NCBI GenBank assembly: GCA_050287085.1
Contig: JBNKBE010000025.1
Coordinates: 1 to 64,000 of the forward strand
Reading direction: 5' to 3'
DNA from: Polyangiaceae bacterium
Lineage (GTDB): Bacteria; Myxococcota_A; Polyangia; Polyangiales; Polyangiaceae
DNA length: 64,000 nucleotides
Each line of letters starts with the position of its first letter. Position 1 is the stretch's first letter. Shown piece after piece: positions 19,257-29,912 of this stretch. The translations under genes were made by a program, and so were the position numbers. The notes under the pieces are model-generated. The model did not search any database, was not told the origin of the DNA, and saw only the letters and a program-made list of their open reading frames with translations.

Positions 19257-20405
19257 CTAAGCGTCCGCGGAAACGAGCAGCTTCTCCAGGTTTTCCAGCT
19301 GCGCTTCGCTGTCGCGCCGGCCCATGGTGATCAAGCGCTCAGCAAAGCGGCCATCGAAGAGCAGCGCAGCAAGCAGGTCGCGTGGCTCCGAGGGAGCAGC
19401 GCCCCAGCCTCGACTCAAATGTCGCAACATCCCTGGAAGAATGGCTTCGTACTCAGCGGCGATCTTCCCGATGTCCCCGGAAGGTCTCAAGATGAAAGCC
19501 TCGACTGGACGGATGCCGTCGCTCGCCGTCGCCGATTGGATGACGCGATTCAGCTTCTGCAGATTGGCCAAGTCGGAATCCAGGTTGTCAATGAACAAGG
19601 AGTTCACCAACAACCCTGCAATTCGCGAAAGCGAGGGGTAGTGTTCGCTGGACGGCGAGTCTCTCGGTGAAAGCGACGGTTCGCGGAGGTTAGAAATGGC
19701 CAGAATCCGTCGCGCGCCGAGGTGAATCGCCGGCGATAGTGGGGTCGTCTGACGAATCCCCCCGTCGCCATGCCAGCCCGTCCCAACACGCACGGCTGGA
19801 AAGAGCAGTGGAATCGCCGCCGACGCCAGCACGTGCTCCCGCGTGAGGGTGACAGCTACACTGCGCCGATACGGACGCTGCCACGGACTGGGCAGCGCCC
19901 CCTGCACGAAAGTCTCGGCCTGACCCGTCGTGTAGTTGGTGGTGGTAAGCGCAACGGACCGGATCCTTCCGAGGGTAATGTTTCTGGTGATGCCGGTCGG
20001 GACACCAACGGGGAAGAGACGCCCCAGCATGTCTCGCAGCGGCGCTGTGTCCACCATGCCGCGAATAGAACCGCCGACGTTGCCAGCCAGCGCCAACTGA
20101 CCAAACCAGCGCATGGCCGTTGCGAGCAACGACGTCGCTTCCAAGCGGAATACCTGCTCCGGACTGAGACGAAGCCAGAGTTGCTCCAAATCGGCGACCG
20201 CCGCGCCAAAGGATCCGGGGTGGGCGGCAAGAAACGCCGCGTTGATCGCTCCGCCCGACACGCCGGTATAGATGGGGACAGACAGCTTCGGGAAGCGTTC
20301 TGCAATGCCACTGAGAACCCCCACCTGATAGGCGGTGCGCGCACCGCCGCCAGGAAGAACCAGCGCCAACAAGTCGGCGTCACTTGCGCCCCGCGTATCA
20401 GTCAC
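19257..20405 (-). CDS. Patatin-like phospholipase
   Basis: GGGAR.AY, GVSGG nucleophile elbow, ASAAIP, DGG. GTG 20405 overlaps the upstream stop (GTGA). Confidence 0.92.
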   Translation of the reverse strand: MTDTRGASDADLLALVLPGGGARTAYQVGVLSGIAERFPKLSVPIYTGVSGGAINAAFLAAHPGSFGAAVADLEQLWLRLSPEQVFRLEATSLLATAMRWFGQLALAGNVGGSIRGMVDTAPLRDMLGRLFPVGVPTGITRNITLGRIRSVALTTTNYTTGQAETFVQGALPSPWQRPYRRSVAVTLTREHVLASAAIPLLFPAVRVGTGWHGDGGIRQTTPLSPAIHLGARRILAISNLREPSLSPRDSPSSEHYPSLSRIAGLLVNSLFIDNLDSDLANLQKLNRVIQSATASDGIRPVEAFILRPSGDIGKIAAEYEAILPGMLRHLSRGWGAAPSEPRDLLAALLFDGRFAERLITMGRRDSEAQLENLEKLLVSADA

Positions 20406-21421
20406 GGCTTGTTGGCTTCCAGAACGCGCACATCGTTGCCTGCGATTTCCAAAGCGGCCACGACATGCCCGCCGTAATAGGCTGACATACCCACGTCGAT
20501 GCGCCAAACCTGACCATCGCAGGCCGAGTTAATGCGTTTTTGGACCGTGTGCCCGACCACCATGCGCTTGACCTTCAAACGCTGCAACACCTCCGACAGC
20601 TCGCCGCATCGCTTGTGCTTGATCTGCCCGTCGGAGAAGCGACGAGTCCACACCGGCGCGTCGCTGTCGGCAATAGCGCGAAGCGGGCGCCCGCCGTCCC
20701 GAAGCCAAGTGGAAGTCTCGTCGTTGAGTCGCGCAATGCCGTAGTCGACGTGAGAGCCTAGAACGCCGCCGTGCGCGAATACCGTATCACCCACAACAAC
20801 GATGACCGGATGCTCCGCAAGCAGACGAGACCACTCCCCACCGGGAAGAAACGCTCCCGCCCGCCCGCGCGCCTGAGCGCCCAATTGCTCCAGCACGGGC
20901 TGCGCGAAGCGACTGGTATCCGCCTGCTGAAAGGCCTCGAAGCCACGCTTGGTCACGTAGCGAAAGTCACCCGACGCATTCATGGTCTCGTGATTGCCGT
21001 TGAGCACCAGCAGGCGCCCACCGGCCTTCCGGGCTTGAGGTTCGAGCTCTCGGAGCAGTGTCAGTAGCTCCTGCTCGGTGTCCCCCCTATCGAGCAAGTC
21101 CCCGGTTTGCACCAACGTGGTGTTGCCACCAATCCACTGTCCGGCACTGCCCAGCACTCCTGCCAGTCGCAGCACAGCCCTTGCGGCTTCCACGTCGCCA
21201 TGTAAGTCCCCGACCGCAACCACCCGCCCCGGAGGCGCAATGCGATACGGCCCGAGCTCGGCCTCCCGGTCTTTCCCCGGCCCCTGTGTGCTCGTGACGG
21301 CTTTTACCGTCGCGCCCCCCGTCCCCGACGGAGCGGGCTGCGCGTCGCTTCTGCTGCAGGCGGCGACAAGAAACCATGCCCCCACCGCCATCAGAGCCGC
21401 TCGCCAATTCGTGGTTGTCAT
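20402..21421 (-). CDS. Calcineurin-like metallophosphoesterase (Shewanella-like phosphatase), lipoprotein
   Basis: GDLHG, GDLLDRG, GNHE, HGG, GHT, IDVGMS. Lipobox VAAC. Confidence 0.92.
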   Translation of the reverse strand: MTTTNWRAALMAVGAWFLVAACSRSDAQPAPSGTGGATVKAVTSTQGPGKDREAELGPYRIAPPGRVVAVGDLHGDVEAARAVLRLAGVLGSAGQWIGGNTTLVQTGDLLDRGDTEQELLTLLRELEPQARKAGGRLLVLNGNHETMNASGDFRYVTKRGFEAFQQADTSRFAQPVLEQLGAQARGRAGAFLPGGEWSRLLAEHPVIVVVGDTVFAHGGVLGSHVDYGIARLNDETSTWLRDGGRPLRAIADSDAPVWTRRFSDGQIKHKRCGELSEVLQRLKVKRMVVGHTVQKRINSACDGQVWRIDVGMSAYYGGHVVAALEIAGNDVRVLEANKP

Positions 21422-21532
21422 CAGATCTTTCGGGTCTCCTAGTCCAACGGCCGAGAACGCTCGAGCCGTAGCCGCTTTGCCAATCAGCGCACTGGGCGTC
21501 GAAAAAACGATACCCCCGTTGTACTGGCCTGA

Positions 21533-23191
21533 TCAGTCTAGGGTCTCTTTGCGCCGCACCAGGTGGAATAACACGGTCGGTTTGCTCGCGTTGTATTGCT
21601 GACACCAGGAGCGAACGAGGCGACATACCCGGGACTCCAAGTCAGCAGCCGCCAGGTGATAGCGACCTGAGCAATATTGGCGCACCGACTGCGTCAGGGT
21701 GGCAACATCGGAGTCGGCGCGAAAGGGCACGCCTCGAGTCGCCACGCTGCACCCCAGTTCACCACCGACCCAATGGACCACGACGCTGACCACGCCTGCA
21801 CGCGCGGCTTGGCGACGTTCCAGCACGATGTCGCCGGACACAGGTTGGCGATCGAGGCCGAGCGCAACAACTCCAACCGGAAAGTCCGGTCCGCGACGCA
21901 GTCGCCCATCCACCAGCTCAGCGGCCTGCCCATTTTCGACCACAAGAACCTCGGCGTCGATGGCCTGTGCCGCCATCCGCGCGTGCTCTTCGAGGTGGGC
22001 GCGGGTGCCATGCACCGGCAGGAACGCGCGGGGCCGGAGCAACTCAAGCAGGTGCCGCTGCTCCTCACGATAGGCATGCCCACTGGTGTGAATGCCCTTC
22101 ATGCCACTGACGACATCAACTCCTGAGCGAAGCAATTGGTCTATCAAGGACGATACCGCTCTCTCATTGCCAGGAATCACGCGCGACGAGAAGATCACCC
22201 GATCCCCCGGCTCCAGCGCGACGAAGCGGTGCTGGCCCGCTGCGAGGCGGCACAACGCCGAGGCGGGCTCCGCCTGGGTGCCCCCCGTGAGGATTAGGAC
22301 TTCCCGGGCAGGAAACGTCGGCAAGTGCTCCGGCGGCAGCAGCATCGAGTCCGACCACTTGAGATAGCCGAGCCGCCGGGCTAGCTCCACGTGCCGCTGC
22401 AAGCTCCGCCCCAGCAAGCAGATGCGCCGGCCAGTGGCTTTGGCGGCCTCGCCCAGGGCTATGAGGCGGTGTACGTTGGACGCAAATAGCGCCACGAAGA
22501 CACGTTTTGGGGCCGCGGAAATCTGCTCTTGGAGGACCGTCGCCACAGCGCTCTCTGAGCCGGAATACCCCGGCGAAAAGACGTTGGTGCTGTCGCTCAT
22601 GAGGAGCGTCACGCCTTCATCTCCGAGCGCCTCCAGACGAGCCTCATCCGTGCGCTGGCCGTCCATGGGCGCGTCGTCGAACTTGAAGTCCCCGGAATGT
22701 ACAACCAAACCCGCGGGCGTCCGGATGGCCAAAGCACAGGCCCCGACGATCGAGTGGGTTACGGCGATGGCTTCGATACTGAACGAGCCGATCTGGAAAC
22801 TGTCGCCCGGATGGTAGACAACGACATCGGGCTGAGCCTCCGCTTCACTTTCCCGGGCCCGCTCTCGAATCAGCTCCGCTGCGTAGGGCGGTGCCCAAAT
22901 CCTGAGCGGTAGCACTGAGTTCAGGTAGGGCAGAGCCCCGATATGATCCTCGTGCCCGTGGGTGATAACGATGCCGCGTAGCGCAGAGCGATGCTCAACG
23001 GCCCAGCGCAGCTCCGGACACAATACCTCCAGCCCGAGCTCCGCTTCCGGGTATTGCACCCCGCAATCCACCATGATGACGTCGCCCCCACAGCGGAGCG
23101 CCATACAGTTCATGCCGATTTGGCCCAACCCGCCCAGCGGAAATAGCCCCAAGGGCTCGGACGGGGCAGATGGGTCGCGCAACGGCACCAT
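21533..23191 (-). CDS. rnj: Ribonuclease J
   Basis: PLGGLGQIGMN, THGHEDHIGA, SGDFK, SDSTN, HTSGHA, PVHG. Confidence 0.95.
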   Translation of the reverse strand: MVPLRDPSAPSEPLGLFPLGGLGQIGMNCMALRCGGDVIMVDCGVQYPEAELGLEVLCPELRWAVEHRSALRGIVITHGHEDHIGALPYLNSVLPLRIWAPPYAAELIRERARESEAEAQPDVVVYHPGDSFQIGSFSIEAIAVTHSIVGACALAIRTPAGLVVHSGDFKFDDAPMDGQRTDEARLEALGDEGVTLLMSDSTNVFSPGYSGSESAVATVLQEQISAAPKRVFVALFASNVHRLIALGEAAKATGRRICLLGRSLQRHVELARRLGYLKWSDSMLLPPEHLPTFPAREVLILTGGTQAEPASALCRLAAGQHRFVALEPGDRVIFSSRVIPGNERAVSSLIDQLLRSGVDVVSGMKGIHTSGHAYREEQRHLLELLRPRAFLPVHGTRAHLEEHARMAAQAIDAEVLVVENGQAAELVDGRLRRGPDFPVGVVALGLDRQPVSGDIVLERRQAARAGVVSVVVHWVGGELGCSVATRGVPFRADSDVATLTQSVRQYCSGRYHLAAADLESRVCRLVRSWCQQYNASKPTVLFHLVRRKETLD

Positions 23192-23301
23192 TCCCAGACT
23201 GTAGCGTGCCTGTCAGAGAATGGAGAACTGAGTTCTCCTTTATCTCCGAACCCGCGTTGTGGGTGGTTGACAGGCCATCTCGGGCAGGACACGCCCCTGT
23301 C

Positions 23302-23757
23302 ATGAGCGCATGGCACGAACTGGACGACGCCCACCTGATGGCCTCACTGCTTCGTGGAGAGCCCTACCTCGACGTTCGCACTGCAGAGGAGTTTGCCCTG
23401 GGTCACATCCCGGGGGCCTACAATATTCCGTGGCAACTCGGAACCCTGGCCGGTTTCGTCGCAAACCACGACTTCATTCGGGTGGTGCTCGCCACTTTTG
23501 CGGCTGGAAACGTGGTGATTCTGGGGTGTCAGAGCGGCGGACGGGCGCGCTCAGCCGCTTCCCATCTCGCCCGGGAGGGTCTTGTGGTCAAAGTGGACTC
23601 CGCCGGACTCGATGGCCCCAGGGACGCGTTTGGCCGGCGCCTGCCGGGATGGAGGGCACGCGGTCATGAGGTGGCGTTGCACGCCGCTCCGGGCCGGACC
23701 TACGATGAGCTTGTGGCGCTAGCCAGCGCCACGGGCGAGGTTCGAGGTCCGCGCTGA
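23302..23757 (+). CDS. Rhodanese-like domain protein
   Basis: YLDVRTAEEFALGHIPGAYNIP and CQSGGRA. ATG 23302. Confidence 0.88.
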   Translation: MSAWHELDDAHLMASLLRGEPYLDVRTAEEFALGHIPGAYNIPWQLGTLAGFVANHDFIRVVLATFAAGNVVILGCQSGGRARSAASHLAREGLVVKVDSAGLDGPRDAFGRRLPGWRARGHEVALHAAPGRTYDELVALASATGEVRGPR

Positions 23758-23821
23758 GGCCGCGACAAGCCCACACGCCACAGCCACAGGAGCGGCAGTA
23801 CGACCCTCCCAGTCGTGGGCC

Positions 23822-24433
23822 TTAAGGTTGTTGGGCGCCCTGCGCGCTTCGCTGCCCGCGCTCAAATTCCTTCGCAGCTTGTTCGATCATCGCAAAGTCA
23901 CGCGCCGCCCGATCCGCCTCAGCGACCAATGTCGACGTAAAGAGGGTCAGGCCCCAGATCCCGTTCTCGCGTCGGCGAAAGGGGTAGCGAGTCCCCCGGA
24001 CCGTTTCTACGGTCGCGCGCTCGCCCTCGACATGTACGCTTTGAACGCCGGACAGATCGCGCCGCAGTTGATCAATCCACCCTTGCCGTCGTGCGTAGTA
24101 CTCGAAGATCCCGGGACCTGCTTCGGCTTTCACAAGGGGCGCGAGGCGCGCTACCAGCACCGCCTTCTCCGCTTCCGGATAAGCCGCTTCAAGCTGGTGA
24201 AGCGACTTGGCATCGTATTCGTGGATCGTGAAGCAGGCGTGCTGAGCCGCGGTTTCGAGATAGGGAAATAGCCCCTTGGGCTCACCTGAATTGACAGCTG
24301 TCATCACCCGCAGGTAAGCCCCCTTCGGAGTGGTGTCCTTGGGATAGAACAACCACATCACGACAACGGCCGCCAACAGCAGCCCAGCGCTTGCGGCCCA
24401 CCACGGGACGCGGCCGACGCCAGGTACTCGCAT
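23822..24433 (-). CDS. Hypothetical membrane-anchored protein
   Basis: N-terminal TM and a folded-looking domain ending GTRYPFRRRENGIWGL. Confidence 0.7.
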   Translation of the reverse strand: MRVPGVGRVPWWAASAGLLLAAVVVMWLFYPKDTTPKGAYLRVMTAVNSGEPKGLFPYLETAAQHACFTIHEYDAKSLHQLEAAYPEAEKAVLVARLAPLVKAEAGPGIFEYYARRQGWIDQLRRDLSGVQSVHVEGERATVETVRGTRYPFRRRENGIWGLTLFTSTLVAEADRAARDFAMIEQAAKEFERGQRSAQGAQQP

Positions 24434-24564
24434 CCCCGCCCATTAGACGACGCCGTCCCGGCTTGCAACCCCGCTGCTAGCTCCGGGAAGGGTCGGTCCG
24501 GGCCCACAGCCAGGTCCGACAGTGAGCACTTGCTCGAAACCAAGCTTGCCCCGATTCTGGTCGG

Positions 24565-25350
24565 ATGTGGAACGGTCTCCGCGTTGCCGTCGTCGTGCCC
24601 GCCTTCAATGAGCAGCGGCTCATCGCATCCATGCTGGCCGCTCTTCCCTCATGGGTGGATCGCGTCGTGGTGGTCGACGACTGCAGCGAGGATCAAACCC
24701 GAGAGGTGGTCAGGGCGCTCGAAAACGAACGACTCGTATTGCTCACGCATGAAACCAATCGAGGAGTAGGTGCCGCGATAGTCACTGGTTATCGCTACGC
24801 CCAGGCAAGCCACGACGTCTTGGTGGTCATGGCCGGAGACAACCAGATGTCTCCCGACGACCTCCCCAGCCTCCTCGCCCCGATTCTGCGGGGCGCGGCA
24901 TACGTCAAAGGGAATCGCTTCCGACACGCCAAGTACGGCGACATGCCCTGGCATCGACGACTAGGAAGTCGTCTGCTCTCCGGCCTCACCCGGCGACTCA
25001 CGGGGCTTTCCGTGGACGATTGCCAATGCGGATTCACAGCGCTGGCCGCTGGCACGGCCCAGATTCTGCCGCTGGAACAGCTCTGGCCACGCTACGGCTA
25101 CCCCAACGACCTACTCGCGATGCTTGCCGCCTTCGACGCCGACGTCCGGGAAGTCCCGGTCAAACCGGTCTATGGGAACGAGAAGAGTGGGCTGCACCCG
25201 GGTCACCTCCTGCATATCGCTTGGCTCGGAGTATCTCGAAGAAAGCTCTATCGCGGCTGCGCCAAGACCAGATGCCAAGACGGCCCTGGTACGACACCGG
25301 CCTTGTCAGCAAGCCGTTCGTTCGACCGGTTGCCAGCCAGCACGCCCTGA
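24565..25350 (+). CDS. Glycosyltransferase family 2 (DPM1-like)
   Basis: VVPAFNE, VVDDCSEDQT, NRGVGAA, AGDNQ, DCQCGF. Confidence 0.92.
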   Translation: MWNGLRVAVVVPAFNEQRLIASMLAALPSWVDRVVVVDDCSEDQTREVVRALENERLVLLTHETNRGVGAAIVTGYRYAQASHDVLVVMAGDNQMSPDDLPSLLAPILRGAAYVKGNRFRHAKYGDMPWHRRLGSRLLSGLTRRLTGLSVDDCQCGFTALAAGTAQILPLEQLWPRYGYPNDLLAMLAAFDADVREVPVKPVYGNEKSGLHPGHLLHIAWLGVSRRKLYRGCAKTRCQDGPGTTPALSASRSFDRLPASTP

Positions 25351-25481
25351 CCTGCGCTCGGCGCCTCTCTAGGGGCCGCGGCGGCAACGTGTCGACCACC
25401 GTCACGGCGGCAGCCGCGACCTCCCGTCTGCACGTCGACGGCAAGCCGCGAACGAGGCTCCGCTTTCCAAGTGCGCCGGCC

Positions 25482-28373
25482 TCAGTGGCAGTCCCACGGC
25501 TGAGCCGTCAGCTCTCCCCCGCCAGGCTCCTCGCGAAAAAGCCACGACGTCATCCCCTCAACCAAGAGGACGCGAGCACTGAGCGGTCCGCCGTCGCTTG
25601 CTTCGGCCGCGTAAGCCGAAAGACACGGATCGGTCGGGCTCCCCTGGGCCAACGTGCCGCGGGTCGTGAAGGTCGCTACCGCGCCGCTTGGAGCCTCGAA
25701 GCGAACCTGCCGCGCAAGCGCGGGCTCGTCCGGAATCACCCAGCGGGGCGTCGTGGACAATTCGTCGCGACGACATGGGCGCAGCGACGACGCGAACTCG
25801 CGAAGACGGAAAGCCACTAGCTGCTCGCGCTCTCCGTCGCTGCGCTGCCCGTTGAGCACGAGCTCTGACCCGTTGGGAGGTGCATCCGCGAGGTGGCTGA
25901 TCCAGGGCTTGCCTTCGAACCATACGACGCGCCCTGGAGGACGCTCCGGACCCAGCGGGGGTCCGAGCGTTACGGCGTGCGCGGCCCCCTGTAGGTCGGT
26001 TCTGCTGAACACCCCCGTCGCAGCGTGAAAACTGACCCAGGCGCCTTCCTGATAACTCGACAGCGACTCCGCCGGCAGCGCCGGGCGTCGTTCCAAGGCC
26101 AGCGCTTCATGCCCCGGCAGCAGCTGGTACGTGCTTTCGCCCAAAGTCACAAAAGCCTCTCCTGGTCGGAGTCCGGCTTCCAGCAGCGGCTCGAGCTCTG
26201 GCTCGGTAGCATAGCGAGGCGACAAGGCCGCGACACTGACTGCCGCAGCGTAACGCGCATCCACCCAGACAAGCCGTCCATCGTCCAGAAGTTCCCCCAC
26301 AACCGGCGCGAGGCTTGCACCCAGCCCCAACGAACGCTGTGTGATCTTCTGCCCTGACGCATGACTGACCAAGTGAGCGTGGCGACGGGAAGCCGTCACC
26401 GTCACCCAATCGGCATCGGGCAGCGCCAAGTGTTCAAGCTTGGGGGCGTGCGGCACCCCGGCCAGCCGCCGACCACGCCCCGCCGGGGCACACCGAATGG
26501 TGGACGCAGCGCGGTCAAGCTCGCGGACTTCGACAACAGGCGGCACATCATCCGTTTCGGGCTTAACACCCGGAAGCGTCCCGTAGCCGTTGATCGTAAG
26601 CGCCCGCCCGAGCACACAACCGTGAGTTGTGCACACCAGGCCAGCCGCGGCCGCTTCGTCGCCAGGGACTGAAGAATCACTCGAGAACTCACCCAACCCA
26701 CGACGGCTGGTGCGCAAGCGCGCACCGTGGCTCTGGCGCTCGTAGACGGCGACGCGGCGCCCGTGAGCCGCGAGCTCAGCGCCGGCATCAAAGCCTGAAT
26801 AGCTTCCGATACGCCTCCCCCGTGGCCCAAACGTGAGGTGCACTTGCACTTCACCCGATGCCGAACGCGACGTTAGCCCGACGAAGCCCTGGTCGTCCAC
26901 GCTCACACGCACGCGACGGTCTAAGCGCTCCCGACTGGACTGCCCGACGTTGGAACGGCCGCCCCGGTCTTGGCCGGGAAGCTCCGCGACAACCGGCGCC
27001 CACCCAAAGGTCCGTCCCCCGTCCGCAGACAGATGGAGTCGCACTGCGTCATCCGCCTCGGAACGTGCCAGCACAGCAACCCGCTGCCCGGAGGGTGACA
27101 CATCCAGGGCTAGGGGAGTTGCCGCTCCCGGAGAAAAACGCACGGCACTGAGCGTGCCCCCGGTCAGCACAGCCAGCGGCAGCTCGATACAAGCGTTCCG
27201 CTCCAAGGGTCGACATGCACCGGTCATCAACAGCCGCTCGGTATCATCTACCGCGACCGCAAAGCGCGGAAGGAAGACACGCCATTGCGCGGCGAGCACG
27301 AGCGCTGGCTCGGCCCCCAAGCGAAGCGAAAACAGGTCGACATCACCTGGCTCGCCCCTTGAGCGGACACAGGCTAGCCACCGCTTGTCCCCCCTTGCGA
27401 TGGGAAAGAAGAGCTCACACGACACCTCTAGCTCAACGGCTTCGAGCGAGCCCCCCCAAGGACCCTCGAGCCAAGCGGGACGCCCCTCGACCTGCCGTAC
27501 CTCGGCGTAGCGAAGTCCCGTCGGCGACGTGAAGAACAGGGCCTGCCCTGAGCGAACCCGCTCCGCATCGGGGCCGAGGGCGTTCGGGGGAAGCGCACTC
27601 CTCGGCTCGATCGCCCTGTGTCTGCCTGACGGGGAATAGCCCCCGTCCCGGGTCACCAGCTCCAGCTCGCCGCCCGATGCGGCGAGCGCGACGACCCCAC
27701 GCAGCGGCGCCGAAAGCGGGACCAGCTCTGTACCGGACACACGCCATACCTGCTCGGGAACGCTCAATACAAAGAGCTCACCGGCGGCGCTCGTGGCATC
27801 GAAGAAGAATGGACGAAGCGACCCGCTGAAAGAAGGGCTCCCCCAGCCCTTCTCGCCGAGATGCCAGCTCAATAGCCCTCCCCCCGAGGTCGTGACCACT
27901 GCCCGGCCATGGTCGATCGCCGCCGCCACGACCCCGCCGGGACCACTCACGACGGGGTCGAGAGCGCCGAGCGGAGCATCGCTGTGGTAAACGCTGCCGC
28001 TCGCCCCGACGAAGTCGTAGCCCTGAGCGCTGCGCCCTGCCGCGATCAACGCTTCCGGGGCCACGGTGTCGGCGGGTTGAAGGCCGCCCGCCGCCACCAA
28101 CCACCGCTCCCCGTGTGTCCCGAGGAGCAGCTCCGCGTCATCGACGCGCAGACGCGGACCCGCTTCCGCAACGGCCGGATAGTGAGCCACTACCGTGGCG
28201 GGGGCTGACTGACCGGAGCCGCGCGGGGCGAGCGCGCCGTGCGCGAACAGAACCCGCACGGGGTCGCTCACGTCAGCAGGTCGAACTGGAGGGGCCTCGC
28301 TGACGCGTGGAGCACACGCCGCAACCAGCGCGGCCCCCCAGAGGATCAGCGTGTTGTTTCGGAGCACCCGCAC
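25482..28373 (-). CDS. Large hypothetical lipoprotein, probable beta-propeller (Asp-box)
   Basis: Lipobox VAAC after GTG 28373, SADGGRTF Asp-box, beta-rich. Start uncertain. Confidence 0.65.
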   Translation of the reverse strand: MRVLRNNTLILWGAALVAACAPRVSEAPPVRPADVSDPVRVLFAHGALAPRGSGQSAPATVVAHYPAVAEAGPRLRVDDAELLLGTHGERWLVAAGGLQPADTVAPEALIAAGRSAQGYDFVGASGSVYHSDAPLGALDPVVSGPGGVVAAAIDHGRAVVTTSGGGLLSWHLGEKGWGSPSFSGSLRPFFFDATSAAGELFVLSVPEQVWRVSGTELVPLSAPLRGVVALAASGGELELVTRDGGYSPSGRHRAIEPRSALPPNALGPDAERVRSGQALFFTSPTGLRYAEVRQVEGRPAWLEGPWGGSLEAVELEVSCELFFPIARGDKRWLACVRSRGEPGDVDLFSLRLGAEPALVLAAQWRVFLPRFAVAVDDTERLLMTGACRPLERNACIELPLAVLTGGTLSAVRFSPGAATPLALDVSPSGQRVAVLARSEADDAVRLHLSADGGRTFGWAPVVAELPGQDRGGRSNVGQSSRERLDRRVRVSVDDQGFVGLTSRSASGEVQVHLTFGPRGRRIGSYSGFDAGAELAAHGRRVAVYERQSHGARLRTSRRGLGEFSSDSSVPGDEAAAAGLVCTTHGCVLGRALTINGYGTLPGVKPETDDVPPVVEVRELDRAASTIRCAPAGRGRRLAGVPHAPKLEHLALPDADWVTVTASRRHAHLVSHASGQKITQRSLGLGASLAPVVGELLDDGRLVWVDARYAAAVSVAALSPRYATEPELEPLLEAGLRPGEAFVTLGESTYQLLPGHEALALERRPALPAESLSSYQEGAWVSFHAATGVFSRTDLQGAAHAVTLGPPLGPERPPGRVVWFEGKPWISHLADAPPNGSELVLNGQRSDGEREQLVAFRLREFASSLRPCRRDELSTTPRWVIPDEPALARQVRFEAPSGAVATFTTRGTLAQGSPTDPCLSAYAAEASDGGPLSARVLLVEGMTSWLFREEPGGGELTAQPWDCH

Positions 28374-28510
28374 AGCCTGAGTCAATCGAAAGCCCGAGCT
28401 CCTGTGGAGAAAGCCCGATCCAGCGCCCACGTGGCGCCGACACACCGCGCCCTGTCCGCGACGGCCCAACACGAGTCAGGGCCGTACGAGGCCATGGAAC
28501 GGACCGGGGG

Positions 28511-28834
28511 TTATTCGCCGAGAAGAGCGAGTACCTTGGGCTTGGGCACGAGCCCAACGCTTTGAGAGATCGGCTGCCCGCCCTCGAAGACCACCAGCGT
28601 GGGCACACCACGCACCTGAAACTTGCTCGCAGTCATCGGCGCTTCGTCGATATCCAACTTGCCAACTTTGACTTTGCCTTCGAGCGCGTCGGCAACCTCG
28701 TCGACGATCGGCGCCAAACGCTTACAGGGGCCACACCAAGTCGCAGTGAAGTCGACCAGGACTTTGCCCGGTGCCTTCAACACTTCTTCTTCAAAGTTGA
28801 GGTCGTTGAATTCATGTACGTTCTTATTTGCCAT
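28511..28834 (-). CDS. trxA: Thioredoxin
   Basis: VLVDFTATWCGPCK, VRGVPT. 107 aa from ATG 28834 with GGAG RBS. Confidence 0.96.
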   Translation of the reverse strand: MANKNVHEFNDLNFEEEVLKAPGKVLVDFTATWCGPCKRLAPIVDEVADALEGKVKVGKLDIDEAPMTASKFQVRGVPTLVVFEGGQPISQSVGLVPKPKVLALLGE

Positions 28835-29062
28835 AGCGACTCCGACAGTTTCTAAACCCAAAACCGGGCATTCGAGACGAAACTCAGGTGCGCGCGAACC
28901 GCAGCAGAACCTGCCGGAGGGTCGTTTGCACCCCTTGGGTCGACACAATGCTGTGAGATCTTGGACTGAAGGACGAGCATAGCGCCTCCGGGAGCAAAGG
29001 AAACCCTTGACTTGACATCTCGCCCTGGCGAGGGCACGTCCGCCGGACGAAAGGACTGCGAC

Positions 29063-29764
29063 GTGCGTCGAGAAGCCGTAGAAGTGATCTACCCCGCGCG
29101 CTCTGGCACCGGCTGCCCCTGGAGCCCCGCCTGGAGCCCCTCAAAAATCATCGAGCTGCTGGAGCCGATGGTGCTGGTCGAGCGGCGCGAACGGCTGCGA
29201 GAAGTCCTAGGCGCCCGGCTTTCGACTGTCACGGTGCTGATGGACGCCCCCCACGACCCGCACAACGGGGCTGCCGTCCTGCGGTCCTGTGACGCATTCG
29301 GAGTCGCCCGAGTACACGTGCTCAGCCGAAACGAACCCTTCGCGGCGTCCAACGTGGTCGCCAAAGGGGCGGAGCGCTGGGTGGAGGTAGTCGAACACAC
29401 AAGCGCTCGCGAGGTCTCCACCGAGCTCAAGACACAAGGCTTTCAGCTGATCGGAACCCACCCGAGAGGGGAGCTTCTCCCGGAGGATCTCCCGAGCGTC
29501 GAGCGCGTGGCATTGGTGCTCGGCAACGAACATGCGGGCATCGGAGCGGACCTGCAGGTGGGTCTAGACCGTTCCGTTCAGATACCGATGGTGGGTTTCG
29601 TCGAGAGCCTCAACGTCAGCGTGTCCGCGGCGATCTTGCTCCGAGCGGCTACGTTCGGCCGACGCGGGGACCTAAGCGAAACGGAGCTGGAGCGACTGTA
29701 CGCACTCGGTCTATATCGGACGGTCAAACGAGCCGACGAGATTCTGCGCTACAGCGAAAAATGA
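29063..29764 (+). CDS. trmH: SpoU/TrmH-family RNA 2'-O-methyltransferase
   Basis: PHNGAAVLRSCDAFG, GNEHAGI, IPMVGFVESLNVSVSA. Start uncertain. Confidence 0.85.
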   Translation: MRREAVEVIYPARSGTGCPWSPAWSPSKIIELLEPMVLVERRERLREVLGARLSTVTVLMDAPHDPHNGAAVLRSCDAFGVARVHVLSRNEPFAASNVVAKGAERWVEVVEHTSAREVSTELKTQGFQLIGTHPRGELLPEDLPSVERVALVLGNEHAGIGADLQVGLDRSVQIPMVGFVESLNVSVSAAILLRAATFGRRGDLSETELERLYALGLYRTVKRADEILRYSEK

Positions 29765-29912
29765 CAGCGGCAGCCGGCGCGCCCGAGACCGGAGTCCGCT
29801 CTCGCGCCGAGGGACGTGCCTCAAGGCGGACGCCAGGGCCGAAACTCGCAATTGAGCGATACGGGCCCGGTGACAGCAGCAGCGCACTGTACTAGCGTCT
29901 CCGCCTCGCAAC

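Noticed and set aside
19257..20405. Patatin as a CBASS or other defence effector
   Set aside because: No CD-NTase or other defence genes nearby; context is housekeeping.
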